The position numbers were made by a program, and so were the translations under genes. Shown here in pieces: positions 10,272 through 20,202 of a DNA stretch of 64,000 nucleotides. Under the pieces are notes generated by a model, which was not told the DNA's origin, searched no databases, and saw nothing but the letters and a program-made list of their open reading frames with translations. Each line of letters begins with the position of its first letter. Positions within the stretch are counted from its first letter, which is position 1. Source of the DNA: an uncultured bacterium (GTDB lineage: Bacteria > Hinthialibacterota > Hinthialibacteria > Hinthialibacterales > JAKPRU01); NCBI GenBank assembly GCA_964612675.1, contig CAZTDD010000002.1:138461-202460 (forward strand). Reading direction: 5' to 3'.

Positions 10272-11144
10272 CGAAGTGCTCAGGTATCTGTCTCCACGGT
10301 CTGGAAATAAGGCCACAACGACCCCGTTCTTCATCTCTCGCGCGATCCGGCGTGCTCCGACATAGGCGGCACCGCTGGACATCCCCACAAAGATCCCTTC
10401 TCGCGTTGCCAGCCAGCGTGCCCCTTCGTACGCCTCCTCGTCGGTTACAATGACTTTGCCATCCAACAGGTCTTCCTCATACACTCGGGGAACAATCGCT
10501 TCAGTCATGTTCTTAAGACCTTGGATCTTGTGATTGACGGTCGGTTCTACAGCGATTGTCTTGGCGGACGGTTTCTTTTCGCGTAAATACCTACTGATGC
10601 CCATCAGCGTTCCTGTGGTCCCCATACCGGCGACAAACACCGTGAGTCCTCCCCCTGTTTGTCGAAGAATCTCCGGTCCGGTTGTTTCATAATGGGCCAG
10701 TGGATTCGCCGGATTGGCGAACTGGTTGGGCATATAATACATGTCCGGCTCTGCGTCGACGATCTCATGCGCTCGCCGTATTGCACCGTCCGTCCCCGCC
10801 AATGGATCGGTGATCTCCAGTTCCGCACCCAGCGCTTCCAAGGTGGCTCGACGCTCCATGCTGACACAACCCGGTAGAACCAGCTTCACTCGGTACCCGC
10901 GTGCGGCACCCACCATGGCCAATCCGATCCCGGTGTTTCCCGACGTCGGCTCGAGGATCGTTTTCTCCGCCGTCAGCAGACCCTCCTTTTCGGCCTGTCG
11001 GATCATGTAATACGCCGGACGATCCTTGACGGATCCGCCCGGATTGTTGCCCTCCAACTTCGCCAACAGATGTACGTCGGAGTCGCCGTCCCAGTTCCTG
11101 AGCTCTACCAACGGCGTTTCGCCGATGGAATCCAACACATTCAT
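10236..11144 (-). CDS. cysK: Cysteine synthase A (O-acetylserine sulfhydrylase)
   Basis: PLP-lysine motif SVKDR, GNTG loop and full-length PALP fold. Confidence 0.85.
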   Translation of the reverse strand: MNVLDSIGETPLVELRNWDGDSDVHLLAKLEGNNPGGSVKDRPAYYMIRQAEKEGLLTAEKTILEPTSGNTGIGLAMVGAARGYRVKLVLPGCVSMERRATLEALGAELEITDPLAGTDGAIRRAHEIVDAEPDMYYMPNQFANPANPLAHYETTGPEILRQTGGGLTVFVAGMGTTGTLMGISRYLREKKPSAKTIAVEPTVNHKIQGLKNMTEAIVPRVYEEDLLDGKVIVTDEEAYEGARWLATREGIFVGMSSGAAYVGARRIAREMKNGVVVALFPDRGDRYLSTSLFRSTCGKCPP

Positions 11145-11187
11145 CGGTCCTGTTCCCTTGAATACTGCCTCAAAATTCTCTCATCAA

Positions 11188-11374
11188 CCTAAATTCGGCA
11201 GTTGAATGGGCACCGCGGTTCCTGAGCCCGTCGAAGGGTCGCGCGGGCGTTGGTGATCGGCCTTTCGACAAGCTCGAGAACCGATCACCATTTGGGTGAA
11301 AACGGACAATGTACGATACTACCAAAAATCAGCGGTTTATCGTCGCAGCCACACCTTCAACTGCCGAATTTAGG
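11188..11374 (+). mobile_element. MITE-like element, copy 1 (187 bp) with perfect 19-bp terminal inverted repeats CCTAAATTCGGCAGTTGAA
   Basis: TIRs at 11188-11206 and 11356-11374; internal GGTGATCGG...CCGATCACC hairpin; second copy in reverse orientation at 14919-15106. Confidence 0.6.
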
Positions 11375-11450
11375 ATCAAAAACAATACAAGTGTCTGCAG
11401 CGTACAACACTCAAATCCGGGATTCCAGAGAATACCAACGGATTTGCGGG

Positions 11451-12737
11451 TTATTTCACGGATACTCCAAGTACGGCCTTGTCCTGTTCCAACACATAGC
11501 GATGGTACTCCTGGTTGCAGGCAGGTGAACCATCGCTCGCTGCATGGGCCACCCAGGCTTCCCCGGTAGAAGGATGAAAGATGGCACAATGCAGATTACT
11601 CTTCATCGAAACCGGCCGCTTGATCATCTCCATCAGGTTGTTCTCATCGACTTCGCCGTAGTGGTTCTCCAGTCTCTTCATGAAATGACCGAACCGGTCA
11701 ATGCCGGAAATCACAACGCAGTCTTCGGGAAGTAAGCCGAAGAATCCCAATTCCCTGTCGCTCGATTTGAAGACGATCTGGTGTTTGGCTTCTTCGACCT
11801 CCATTCCGGTCACCAGCACTTTTCCGCCGCCGGCATCCTTTTCGGGAGCCGCCGGAATGTCGAAGAATCCGAAGTTGGTGCCCGGTTCGATGAAGTGGAT
11901 TTGTTTGGGGGTGGCGTAGACTCCGCGCGCATCGGGGATCTTCGCGTCGGAAATGACGTAATAGTACTCGCACGTGCGTGGGGTATCCGCGAAGATGTCC
12001 ATGGCCTCTTTCAGCGTGGTTGCACGTTCGAGAGCGTCGCGGAGAAGCAGACTCATGGGCATTCCGTCGAAGAAACCTTGTCCCTGTCCACCCATCTCCC
12101 CGATTGCGATCTGCGCGTCGTTCATTCCTGTAATCGAACCGACAAAGCCCGCATAGGAGACATTCATAAAAGTCCTTGCTCCTTTAGGGCTTACGATCAT
12201 AAGAACGGCTCGATCCTGAAAGCCTACTTCGGTCATATAATCCAGTAGCCGGACGTGGTAGAGAGAACCCCCTCGCGTCGCTTTGCCGAACAATGACATA
12301 CCACTGCAATGGAATGCCTCCGGCATAAGATTCCCTGTTAGAACCTGCTCGAACTCTAATCCCGCTCCTTCAGCCAAACCTCGCAGCTCTTCCATGAATT
12401 TCTCGGGAATATGCGGCTTTAGGCGAGCGTGCATCGCACCTCGCAACATCTTGTACAGCTTGTATTCTTTCGATTCCGCGAGTTCCGACTGATTGTCGAC
12501 GATACTGAGCATGTTCTCCTTGACCATCTCACGTAGAAGAACGCCGTGTTGGTACCCCAGATCGTAGTAGTCGCCGGAGAGATGAAGCACCAGGGTTCCA
12601 TCGACTTTCTCGAGATATCCTTCTCCTTCGCGAGCGATGATTTCAGCGTTAACCGATGCGGACAGCAGGACGATCGCTGCCAGCGACCAAGGGATTAGTC
12701 GGAGAGCTGTTTTCATGAGTTTTCCTTTCTTTGACAC
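11451..12737 (-). CDS. Secreted peptidase C45 / acyl-CoA:6-APA acyltransferase-like Ntn-hydrolase
   Basis: Signal peptide; AFHCSGMSLFG block resembles the Gly-Cys autoprocessing/nucleophile site of C45 Ntn-hydrolases. Confidence 0.45.
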   Translation of the reverse strand: MSKKGKLMKTALRLIPWSLAAIVLLSASVNAEIIAREGEGYLEKVDGTLVLHLSGDYYDLGYQHGVLLREMVKENMLSIVDNQSELAESKEYKLYKMLRGAMHARLKPHIPEKFMEELRGLAEGAGLEFEQVLTGNLMPEAFHCSGMSLFGKATRGGSLYHVRLLDYMTEVGFQDRAVLMIVSPKGARTFMNVSYAGFVGSITGMNDAQIAIGEMGGQGQGFFDGMPMSLLLRDALERATTLKEAMDIFADTPRTCEYYYVISDAKIPDARGVYATPKQIHFIEPGTNFGFFDIPAAPEKDAGGGKVLVTGMEVEEAKHQIVFKSSDRELGFFGLLPEDCVVISGIDRFGHFMKRLENHYGEVDENNLMEMIKRPVSMKSNLHCAIFHPSTGEAWVAHAASDGSPACNQEYHRYVLEQDKAVLGVSVK

Positions 12738-12956
12738 TTCCCGGTCTCCCGTGTATTCGTGTTTCGATTGTGTCTGGAAGTCCGCATTTGTGCAAGTCCA
12801 ACGAAACAGGGTGAAATGACTGTGTTTCTCTCGAATCCCAGGACATGGGGGAGATAGGGTTGCGGTGATAGGGGGTTATAGCCTATGATTCTTCACTAAA
12901 CCACGGGTTGTATTTACCGGGTCGGGGCAGTCTGATTCTCAGTTGGAGGCCGTATT

Positions 12957-13295
12957 ATGCCGATCGTGAAATCCTGGATGCCATTATCTCGGATCGAGGT
13001 GAACAAGGTTCCCGAGCGAGGTGGGGTGTACGAACTGGGTGATGCCCGCAAGGAGGTCGTCTTTGTGGGTAAGGCGGAGGCAGGACAACTTCGCAAACAA
13101 CTCGCTTCGCACATCATGGACCGGAAGAACGCAGTGATCAAAGCCAAGGCGAAGCATTTCCGGTATGCCGCCAGCTCAAATGTCGGAAGCGAATACAACG
13201 CACTTCTCGAAGCCTACAAGAAAACGCATGGCGGCCGTCTACCGGAAGCCAATCAATCCGATTCCGGCCGGGAACCTCCGCCTTCCTTCGAGTAA
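12957..13295 (+). CDS. Small GIY-YIG-like domain protein (hypothetical)
   Basis: GVYELGDARKEVVFVGKA...LRKQLASH fits the GIY-x9-YIG-x-R-x3-H pattern; weak call. Confidence 0.3.
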   Translation: MPIVKSWMPLSRIEVNKVPERGGVYELGDARKEVVFVGKAEAGQLRKQLASHIMDRKNAVIKAKAKHFRYAASSNVGSEYNALLEAYKKTHGGRLPEANQSDSGREPPPSFE

Positions 13296-13606
13296 CTCGA
13301 GGTCATAGACTTCCCACCATAGGGATGCTCGGGAGAGTTGAGAGCGACCTCCGGGCTTCTCCGCAGGACCGTGCCAACCGTTTGTGGTCCCCGGCGGGTT
13401 AGGCGAACTCGGTGTCATTATGTTCAGTCCATCCTCCAGCTCATCGCAGCGCTGTGTCCACGACCGGGATCTCCAAGATCTTATACTCCACCGATCTGAC
13501 CCTTCGCCTCTCCACCCATATCGGCACAAGACTCAGCCCAACATTCCAGAACCCCCGGCCGATGAGTAGAATCCTTAGACTAAAGTAGATTCGTAGGGAG
13601 AAACAC

Positions 13607-14080
13607 GTGTCTTTAGCCGGTGAATTGAATCGAAATTGCCCCGTCTGCGGCGGCGAAATGAATGTACGTGGAGCAGATATCTGCTGTGGGGAGGAGGATC
13701 GTTATCTTCTTGGGCAACTCCGTGCCTTTGTGCGCTCGAATCCAAATAAGAACGTCAATCTGGGGCAGGTTCTGGAGCATCTGTACGATCGTCTCGAACC
13801 GTACCTGGAGGAAAAGGGCATCAATCCTGACGATGTTGACCTGGACGAGGCTTTCGTTGAACTGGAGAAAAGGGTCCTGCGCTGGATCAACCGCAAAGAC
13901 ATATCCATCAGCGCGATTTCAGGAATGGCGATCTGTGAATCCTGTGGGGGTATGATCATGCGAGGCCGTACGCTCTGTAACAGCTGCCTTCGCAGCAAAG
14001 AGATCACCCAAGTTCGATCCTCCTGGACACCAGCCGACGGCCGGTATATTCCACGAGGAATGCACGTCAAACTTCGATAA
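13607..14080 (+). CDS. Double zinc-ribbon protein, paralog A (unknown function)
   Basis: N-terminal CPVCGG-x10-CC and C-terminal CESCGG-x9-CNSC; about 45% identical to the downstream neighbour. Confidence 0.45.
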   Translation: MSLAGELNRNCPVCGGEMNVRGADICCGEEDRYLLGQLRAFVRSNPNKNVNLGQVLEHLYDRLEPYLEEKGINPDDVDLDEAFVELEKRVLRWINRKDISISAISGMAICESCGGMIMRGRTLCNSCLRSKEITQVRSSWTPADGRYIPRGMHVKLR

Positions 14081-14204
14081 GCCGACCCCGGAATCGACTT
14101 ATCGTTTTTGTTTCGATTCCGCTATACTGTTCAAGTCTGGCTTGGAAGATCTTTCGTGCGGAGGTCGACGTCATAAACTGGGAAAATTCCCGGGAGGAGC
14201 GCCA

Positions 14205-14675
14205 ATGCCTGCTTTCGAAAAGAGCCTCGGAAATGTCTGCGTGATCTGCGGGGGTGAAATCACCAAGAAAGGCTCCGATATCTGTTGTTTCGATGAGGAC
14301 CAGTTTCTCTTATCGGAGCTGAAGGCCTACATTCGGCGCGATATTGAGCGAAAGGCCGATTTGGGCGAACTTTTGGAACATCTATACGAGCAACTCGGCC
14401 CCTTTCTGTCGGAACGAGGCATCGATCTCGATGAAATCGACCCGGACGAGGTATTCATAGAAATCGAGAAACGAATTCTTCGGTGGATTGCGCGCAAAGA
14501 AGTCACTGTTAGTGCCATCGATGGCCTTGCCATTTGCGAGAAATGTAACGCCATGATCATGCGCGGCCGTACGCTCTGCAATCAATGCCTTCGGGAAAAA
14601 GAGATGTCACAACTTCCCCCTGCATCCATCCAGTCAAATCCTCCCCCGAGAGGCGGAATGCATATTAAACGCTGA
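14205..14675 (+). CDS. Double zinc-ribbon protein, paralog B (unknown function)
   Basis: Same layout as paralog A (CVICGG...CC; CEKCN...CNQC; conserved LEHLY...RWI...SAI block); ATG at 14205 with GGAGG RBS, in-frame upstream extension to 14142. Confidence 0.45.
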   Translation: MPAFEKSLGNVCVICGGEITKKGSDICCFDEDQFLLSELKAYIRRDIERKADLGELLEHLYEQLGPFLSERGIDLDEIDPDEVFIEIEKRILRWIARKEVTVSAIDGLAICEKCNAMIMRGRTLCNQCLREKEMSQLPPASIQSNPPPRGGMHIKR

Positions 14676-14688
14676 ATCTCTCCTCCTT

Positions 14689-14898
14689 TCAGTGAAACGG
14701 CCAAATCCGGCATTGATACAGCATGACAAGTCCTGCAATGAACGAGATGAAACTCGGCAGAATCACAGAGGCTTTGACATAATCATTGATCCAGGGTTTA
14801 TCCACAATCCACAGCGAAACCGCGATCCCCGCTAAGCCTGCCACACTCAAGATAATGCTGAGCCGCCTGGTATGAGGACCTGTTGGTTTCGTGTCCAT
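14689..14898 (-). CDS. Small two-TM membrane protein (hypothetical)
   Basis: 69 aa with two hydrophobic helices; no recognisable family. Confidence 0.25.
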   Translation of the reverse strand: MDTKPTGPHTRRLSIILSVAGLAGIAVSLWIVDKPWINDYVKASVILPSFISFIAGLVMLYQCRIWPFH

Positions 14899-14918
14899 GT
14901 TGTGTCACTTCCCTTGTA

Positions 14919-15106
14919 CCTAAATTCGGCAGTTGAAAACAGTATGGCGGCTGCAAACCGTTCATGTTTCACAAGTAGTGATCATCCTTATCTGTCACCC
15001 ATTTGGTGATCGGTTCTTGAACTTCTCGAAAGGCCGATCACCAATACCCGTGCGGCCCTTCGACGGGCTCAGGAACCGCGCTCGGGTTTCAACTGCCGAT
15101 TTCAGG
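14919..15106 (-). mobile_element. MITE-like element, copy 2 (188 bp), inverted relative to copy 1
   Basis: Reverse complement aligns to 11188-11374 at about 85% over the first ~120 bp; TIRs CCTAAATTCGGCAGTTGAA / TTCAACTGCCGATTTCAGG. Confidence 0.6.
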
Positions 15107-15117
15107 TTGTACGGATA

Positions 15118-17052
15118 TCAGTTCGATCCTATCTCTCTTTCGGTGACTACACGGAATTCCAATGGGGCGAGCTCCACCTCGAACGATTCTTCTCCAAACC
15201 GGACTCCGGTCTTCGTCTCGGTAGGCAAGCTGTTGTACAAAACGACCGACCCGTCGGCCAACTTTGTTGAGTAGACACCGTCTCTCTCCGCCTCCGGTGA
15301 GAGCATTCCCGTCCACGGGAATCCCTCGCCTTCCAGCAGAACAAACAGTCTCTCTGCAAACTCCGCGTAGTCCCGTTCCGAAGGAAGTCCATAAAGCGCC
15401 CTGTACCCCTGCTCGATAGAACGAAAAGCAAGCGTTTTTGTGCGTCCCTGTTCATCTGTCATTTCCGCCGTATCCGCGTCGCTCGCGTGGACGATTTCAA
15501 CACCGCCATTTTTCACAAATCGCCTTACCGACTTTTCCGCACTCTCGTCCATCGGCGACATCGGAAGGCGGATCAGAACGCGGTAGTTTTCGAGCAAGCC
15601 GTCTGCGATCATCGTCTCATCCAGGACATCGAACTCCACCTGGTCCCGCAGTCGTTTGAGCCAAGAGTAGTAGACGGCCTTGCGATCCGAGGAAAGGCGC
15701 AGGATTCTCTCCGGATAAAACACCGCCACCCGTATCATTGGCCTCGAACGCGTCAATAGAGGCGCGTACCGATAATACACTTCCAGTGCATCGCGCCCCG
15801 ATGCCGTCCCGTATTTCGTGATAATGTCGAACAAACCCCGGAACCCCAGACCTTTCGCGCCGCCCGACAGCGTGTTGAAGAACCGGCCGGGGACCCCCTT
15901 TTCGCTGTTTAGGATTCGTTCCTCTGTGCCGTACGGAACCCCATAGCCCCGCGCCGCAGAAGACAGCCGCACGGATCGCACGAATCCATCGAGAAACGCG
16001 TCGCTCATTGCGATACACCAAAGGCCGGCATTAAATTCCCGAGCCGCTTTCGTCAGCGCCGTCGGATTCACCCCGCGTTCACGCTGTTCGTCCCCGGGCA
16101 CCACAATATCCAAACGCGCGCCCGGGAATAACTGGCGGGCTTCTTGCAGCCAAAATCTCACATAATTGGTCACCGAGTCTTCATACCAATGGACAAAATC
16201 GGCAAAGCGAATTTGGTACACTTCGTCCAGTTCCTCGATGTCACCCAACACCTCTCCCGCCAAGGGGTCGCCCGGAAGGCTGATGAGGTTGCCTGTGCAG
16301 GTGGCGATCCGGTCCACGGACGCGTGAGGGATACCCCAGGCTGCCGCAACGTTCTCGGCACTTCCGTGCTTCTGTCTGAGCCAGTTTCGGAAATCGTCGC
16401 GGGCGTACCGATCCCCCGCCCACCATCCCGGATGCGCGTGGGTTGTATCCGGGCACTCGAGCCCCGGTTCTACAGGAAAGCCCGCTTCGCCGCATTTTCC
16501 ACAAAATCCCAGACGGATCGGTCCCAACGACTCTCGGTGTCGATGACAAAACTCGGCGGTTTTTCGCAGAAAGCGTCGGATGTGCGGCCGAAGATGGGGA
16601 TTCCAGATGCTTTGAACCGGCGTTTCCATATCGTGTTCCAAACACCGGAGAAAAACACTGTCCCCGGAATTTCGAAACCAGGCCGGCGTCGAGTACATGG
16701 GATGCGCCATCAATACCGGCGTCCACTTGAGATCGTTCCGCTGAAGAGCGCTTCGCAAACCGATGTACATATCGAATTGGGCATCCCCCGGACCGTCACA
16801 CTCCACCTCGCTCCAATGCACATGCGAGACCAGTCCGGTGATCCCGATGAACTTCATCATCTCGAACCGCTCTTCTTTCAGGAACTGGCTTGGCGGCCAT
16901 CCCATCGTTTGCCACAGATGGGTCACCTGATAGCCCTGCGGTGGTTCGATCCGTCGAAATTCGATATCCAGACCGGGACCTTGAACGGATTGCTGTCCCC
17001 ACACTGGGATTGTCACGCTACACAGTAAGCAGGTAATCCATCTTGTTCGCAC
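15118..17052 (-). CDS. Secreted glycoside-hydrolase-like protein (GH42-like TIM barrel plus trimerisation-type domain)
   Basis: Signal peptide; size and motif distribution reminiscent of GH42/GH35 beta-galactosidases; family not certain. Confidence 0.35.
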   Translation of the reverse strand: MRTRWITCLLCSVTIPVWGQQSVQGPGLDIEFRRIEPPQGYQVTHLWQTMGWPPSQFLKEERFEMMKFIGITGLVSHVHWSEVECDGPGDAQFDMYIGLRSALQRNDLKWTPVLMAHPMYSTPAWFRNSGDSVFLRCLEHDMETPVQSIWNPHLRPHIRRFLRKTAEFCHRHRESLGPIRLGFCGKCGEAGFPVEPGLECPDTTHAHPGWWAGDRYARDDFRNWLRQKHGSAENVAAAWGIPHASVDRIATCTGNLISLPGDPLAGEVLGDIEELDEVYQIRFADFVHWYEDSVTNYVRFWLQEARQLFPGARLDIVVPGDEQRERGVNPTALTKAAREFNAGLWCIAMSDAFLDGFVRSVRLSSAARGYGVPYGTEERILNSEKGVPGRFFNTLSGGAKGLGFRGLFDIITKYGTASGRDALEVYYRYAPLLTRSRPMIRVAVFYPERILRLSSDRKAVYYSWLKRLRDQVEFDVLDETMIADGLLENYRVLIRLPMSPMDESAEKSVRRFVKNGGVEIVHASDADTAEMTDEQGRTKTLAFRSIEQGYRALYGLPSERDYAEFAERLFVLLEGEGFPWTGMLSPEAERDGVYSTKLADGSVVLYNSLPTETKTGVRFGEESFEVELAPLEFRVVTEREIGSN

Positions 17053-17246
17053 GAGTATCGCTCCGTTTTCAAACCGTATAATGATCCTCTCTTATGAAGT
17101 ATAGCCCGTGCCTGACGTGTGTCATGAGAAAGGTGCACGCGAACTCGTGATTGACGGTATCTGGACGCACGCTGCAAGACTGGCATGATGTCGTTGTGTC
17201 CGATCCTCGGGCAAACACCACCGATTCGAAAACGTTGGAGAGGAAG

Positions 17247-18449
17247 ATGCAAGGACAACGGGAATCGATCACTCGACGAGACTTCATTAAGGGCACCACT
17301 GCGGCCACTGCTGTGACCGCCGTTTCCAAGGCACACGCATCGAGACACGGTCCTCCCCGGCTTCGAGCACGCCGACACGTTCGAATGGGCGTCGTCGGGG
17401 GAGGTTTTGGACGCAGCTTCTTCTGGCACATTCATCCTCACTCGAAAGTAACCGCTGTTTGCGACCTCCGGGATGATCGCCTCGAGCTCCTCAAGGCCAA
17501 ATATGAGTGCGATGTCGGGTACAAGGAATTCCATGATTTGATTGAAGATAGAAACGTGGATGCCGTCGCGGTGTTCACACCGGCGCCCCTGCACGCTTAC
17601 ATGGCCATCGAAGCGATGAAAGCCGGAAAGCACGTTATTTCAGCGGTCCCGGCCTGCAACTCGCTGGAGGAATGCCGACAACTCATCGACGCAGTGGAAG
17701 AAACCGGTATGCTCTACATGATGGCCGAAACCAGTTATTACCGGGATGAAATCATCGCGTGTCGCGACTTCGCCCGGGAAGGGAAATTCGGAACTATCAT
17801 GTATTCCGAGGCGGAATATCACCATGAGGGACTCATATCGATCATGTTTGACGAGCGTGGGTTCCCGACGTGGCGGCATGGTTTGCCGCCCATGTTTTAT
17901 CCAACTCACTGCACGGGGATGATCGTCCCCGTCACGGGGGAACGTCTGGTCGAAGTCAGCGCGGTCGGATGGGGAGACGACCATGAGGTTGTTCGTACGA
18001 ATATGTATAACAACCCGTTCTGGAATACGACCGCATTCCTCAAGACATCGGGAGGGCATTCCGCTCGTGTCTCGGTCTTCTGGCATGTTGCGTCGGGTGG
18101 AACGGAGCGCGGACAGTTTTATGGTGACAGAATGTCGTTTTTGATGAGCCGGCCGGGCGGACAACAGGCCATGGTCGGGTATCCCGAGCCTAACCATCGG
18201 TTGGAGCCCTTCGACACCCCAAATTTCTGGGAGCGTCTGCCGGAACCGTTGCGCCGTGGAAGCGGACATGGCGGGTCTCATACCTTTATTACACACGAGT
18301 TCGTCAGCGCGATTGTGGAGGAACGCCAACCGGAAGTCGATGTCTATGAAGCGGTTGCGTATACCGCTCCCGGTTTCTATGCGCACGAATCCGCTCTGCA
18401 GGGTGGGAAAATGTTGAGAATAGAGGATTTTGGAAGGAGAAAGACATGA
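17247..18449 (+). CDS. Gfo/Idh/MocA-family oxidoreductase with Tat signal
   Basis: RRDFIKG twin-arginine motif, GVVGGGFG Rossmann motif, Gfo/Idh/MocA C-terminal fold; ATG 17247 with GGAGAGGAAG RBS. Confidence 0.7.
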   Translation: MQGQRESITRRDFIKGTTAATAVTAVSKAHASRHGPPRLRARRHVRMGVVGGGFGRSFFWHIHPHSKVTAVCDLRDDRLELLKAKYECDVGYKEFHDLIEDRNVDAVAVFTPAPLHAYMAIEAMKAGKHVISAVPACNSLEECRQLIDAVEETGMLYMMAETSYYRDEIIACRDFAREGKFGTIMYSEAEYHHEGLISIMFDERGFPTWRHGLPPMFYPTHCTGMIVPVTGERLVEVSAVGWGDDHEVVRTNMYNNPFWNTTAFLKTSGGHSARVSVFWHVASGGTERGQFYGDRMSFLMSRPGGQQAMVGYPEPNHRLEPFDTPNFWERLPEPLRRGSGHGGSHTFITHEFVSAIVEERQPEVDVYEAVAYTAPGFYAHESALQGGKMLRIEDFGRRKT

Positions 18450-19243
18450 TTGCCACAAAGAAATCATTTCGATTGCTCGGATTGATCGCGGTTTTTGTTT
18501 TATTCACGGGGCTTTCCGCGTTCGGGGAGGATCGCGTGTTGATTATTCAAGATGAACTCCCTCAGATGACAGTTCTCGCGAACTATCTCGAGTCGGAAGG
18601 GCGCCTCGAATGCGAGATCGTAGATCAGCAGCATGTTCCGGACGATTTGTCCGATTATGTGGCTGTCATCGTCTACATTCACAAGGAAGTACTTGAAAGC
18701 GCTGAAGTTGCGTTCATCGACTACACAAAGAATGGGGGCCGTTGCATTTGTCTCCACCACACCATCAGCCGCTCCCACGGCCAAAACAAATACCTCTTCG
18801 ACTTTATGGGCATCCACCTCAACCCCGGGCCGGTAGACGAAGGAGGGTATACGTGGCTCCATGACACAACCCTCACAGTAGTCAATATCAATCCCACGCA
18901 TTACATCACGAGTGTAAAAGTGAACTGGGGAAAAGAAATCCCGTATACACCATCCGATTCTCCCAGTGTCGAGGGCATGTATCCCTCCATAAGCCTACCG
19001 AATTCAGAGGTTTATCTGAACCATTGTTTCAAGGATGGGCGCGAGAAGACCGTCTTGTGCGGGTTCAAGTACAAGGACCCGGAAACGGGCAAAGTGTGGA
19101 TGCAGGATCGGGGTGCTTGGTTCAAGCCGGTCGAAGATGGGATGTTGTTTTACTTCCAGGCGGGCCACGCCGCCTCGGATTATGAGAATCCCAACATATC
19201 CCAGATGATTCTCAATGCGATCCGGTGGGACCCTTATCCCTGA
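18446..19243 (+). CDS. ThuA-like (trehalose-utilisation / class I GATase-like) secreted protein
   Basis: Signal peptide; ThuA-like segments; ATGA overlap with the upstream oxidoreductase (typical ThuA-Gfo pairing). Confidence 0.5.
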   Translation: MIATKKSFRLLGLIAVFVLFTGLSAFGEDRVLIIQDELPQMTVLANYLESEGRLECEIVDQQHVPDDLSDYVAVIVYIHKEVLESAEVAFIDYTKNGGRCICLHHTISRSHGQNKYLFDFMGIHLNPGPVDEGGYTWLHDTTLTVVNINPTHYITSVKVNWGKEIPYTPSDSPSVEGMYPSISLPNSEVYLNHCFKDGREKTVLCGFKYKDPETGKVWMQDRGAWFKPVEDGMLFYFQAGHAASDYENPNISQMILNAIRWDPYP

Positions 19244-19310
19244 ATCCGTCCGATAAACCGACCTTCTCCCGTGAGACAGGAGACAAATACAAAGGCAATA
19301 TCGTTAAGTT

Positions 19311-19382
19311 CGGGAGGGCGAAGCTCCTGCTGAGCCGGATTCTTTTTGACGCACGCGGCTCAGCAGGAGCTTCGCCCTCCCG
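19311..19382. terminator. Perfect 27-bp-stem hairpin (REP-like family GGGAGGGCGAAGCTCCYGCTGAGCCG), probable bidirectional terminator between convergent genes
   Basis: CGGGAGGGCGAAGCTCCTGCTGAGCCG...CGGCTCAGCAGGAGCTTCGCCCTCCCG; related copies at 31651-31720 and a half-copy at 52572-52598. Confidence 0.55.
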
Positions 19383-19453
19383 AGACCACCCGAGAAGTCG
19401 TTCGCTCAATGATATCGGATATAGAATGGCTTGAAAAAAACAGGCTTACCGGA

Positions 19454-19984
19454 TCACAAATCTGCGCTCACCCATTCTTCGGGAGGAGCCACCGGCGATA
19501 ACGGCTGCTTGGGAGCCAATTCCTCAGCCCGTTCGGATACAGTCCGATCGGTGCCGGGAACTCTCAAGTCCGGATCGAGATCCGCCAGCGGCTGAAGAAA
19601 GAACCGGCGATCGTTCAGACCCTTATGCGGCAGTGTAAGCTGGGGTGTTTCGATTATTCGTTCGCCGAAAAACACGATATCGATATCGAGCACGCGCGAT
19701 TCATACGCTGTTCGGTCTCGATCCTGTCGGCCGAGTTGTTTTTCTATCCCTCGTGTTACTTCCAAGAGTTCGTGCGGATCGAGTGTGGTCTCGATCTCGA
19801 CGGCCGCGTTGAGAAAAGCCGGAGCTTCGGGAGCCATGTACATCGCCGCCGACTCATAGGCATTCGACGCCTCTATTACATCGATTTTCGATTCGTTCTC
19901 CAGCGCCTTCACCGCCGCTTGGAGATACCTGAGCCGATCTCCCAGGTTTGAACCAATACACAAAAATGCTCGTTCACGACTCAT
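19454..19984 (-). CDS. folK: 2-amino-4-hydroxy-6-hydroxymethyldihydropteridine pyrophosphokinase (HPPK)
   Basis: IGSNLGDR motif and HPPK length and fold. Confidence 0.8.
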   Translation of the reverse strand: MSRERAFLCIGSNLGDRLRYLQAAVKALENESKIDVIEASNAYESAAMYMAPEAPAFLNAAVEIETTLDPHELLEVTRGIEKQLGRQDRDRTAYESRVLDIDIVFFGERIIETPQLTLPHKGLNDRRFFLQPLADLDPDLRVPGTDRTVSERAEELAPKQPLSPVAPPEEWVSADL

Positions 19985-20202
19985 GGTCTTCTCCTTCTAC
20001 CGTGTAGCTTAACGATAGCCGGCCCGATTTCAAAAGACAGAGAGAATCCGTGTATCCGCATGGATAACGGCGTAGCTTTGCCGATTCAGTTCTCGGAATA
20101 TCGAGCAGATAAAACGAATTCGGACGATTGTGCTTCATGAACTTGGGAAATCCGCTGTTTAACTGTAGAATATTCTTATAAGACCAATCAGGGAACGGAT
20201 TT

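Noticed and set aside
11188-15106. Composite transposon with its own transposase
   Set aside because: None of the five enclosed genes resembles a transposase or recombinase. The flanking elements are too short to encode one, hence the MITE-like interpretation.
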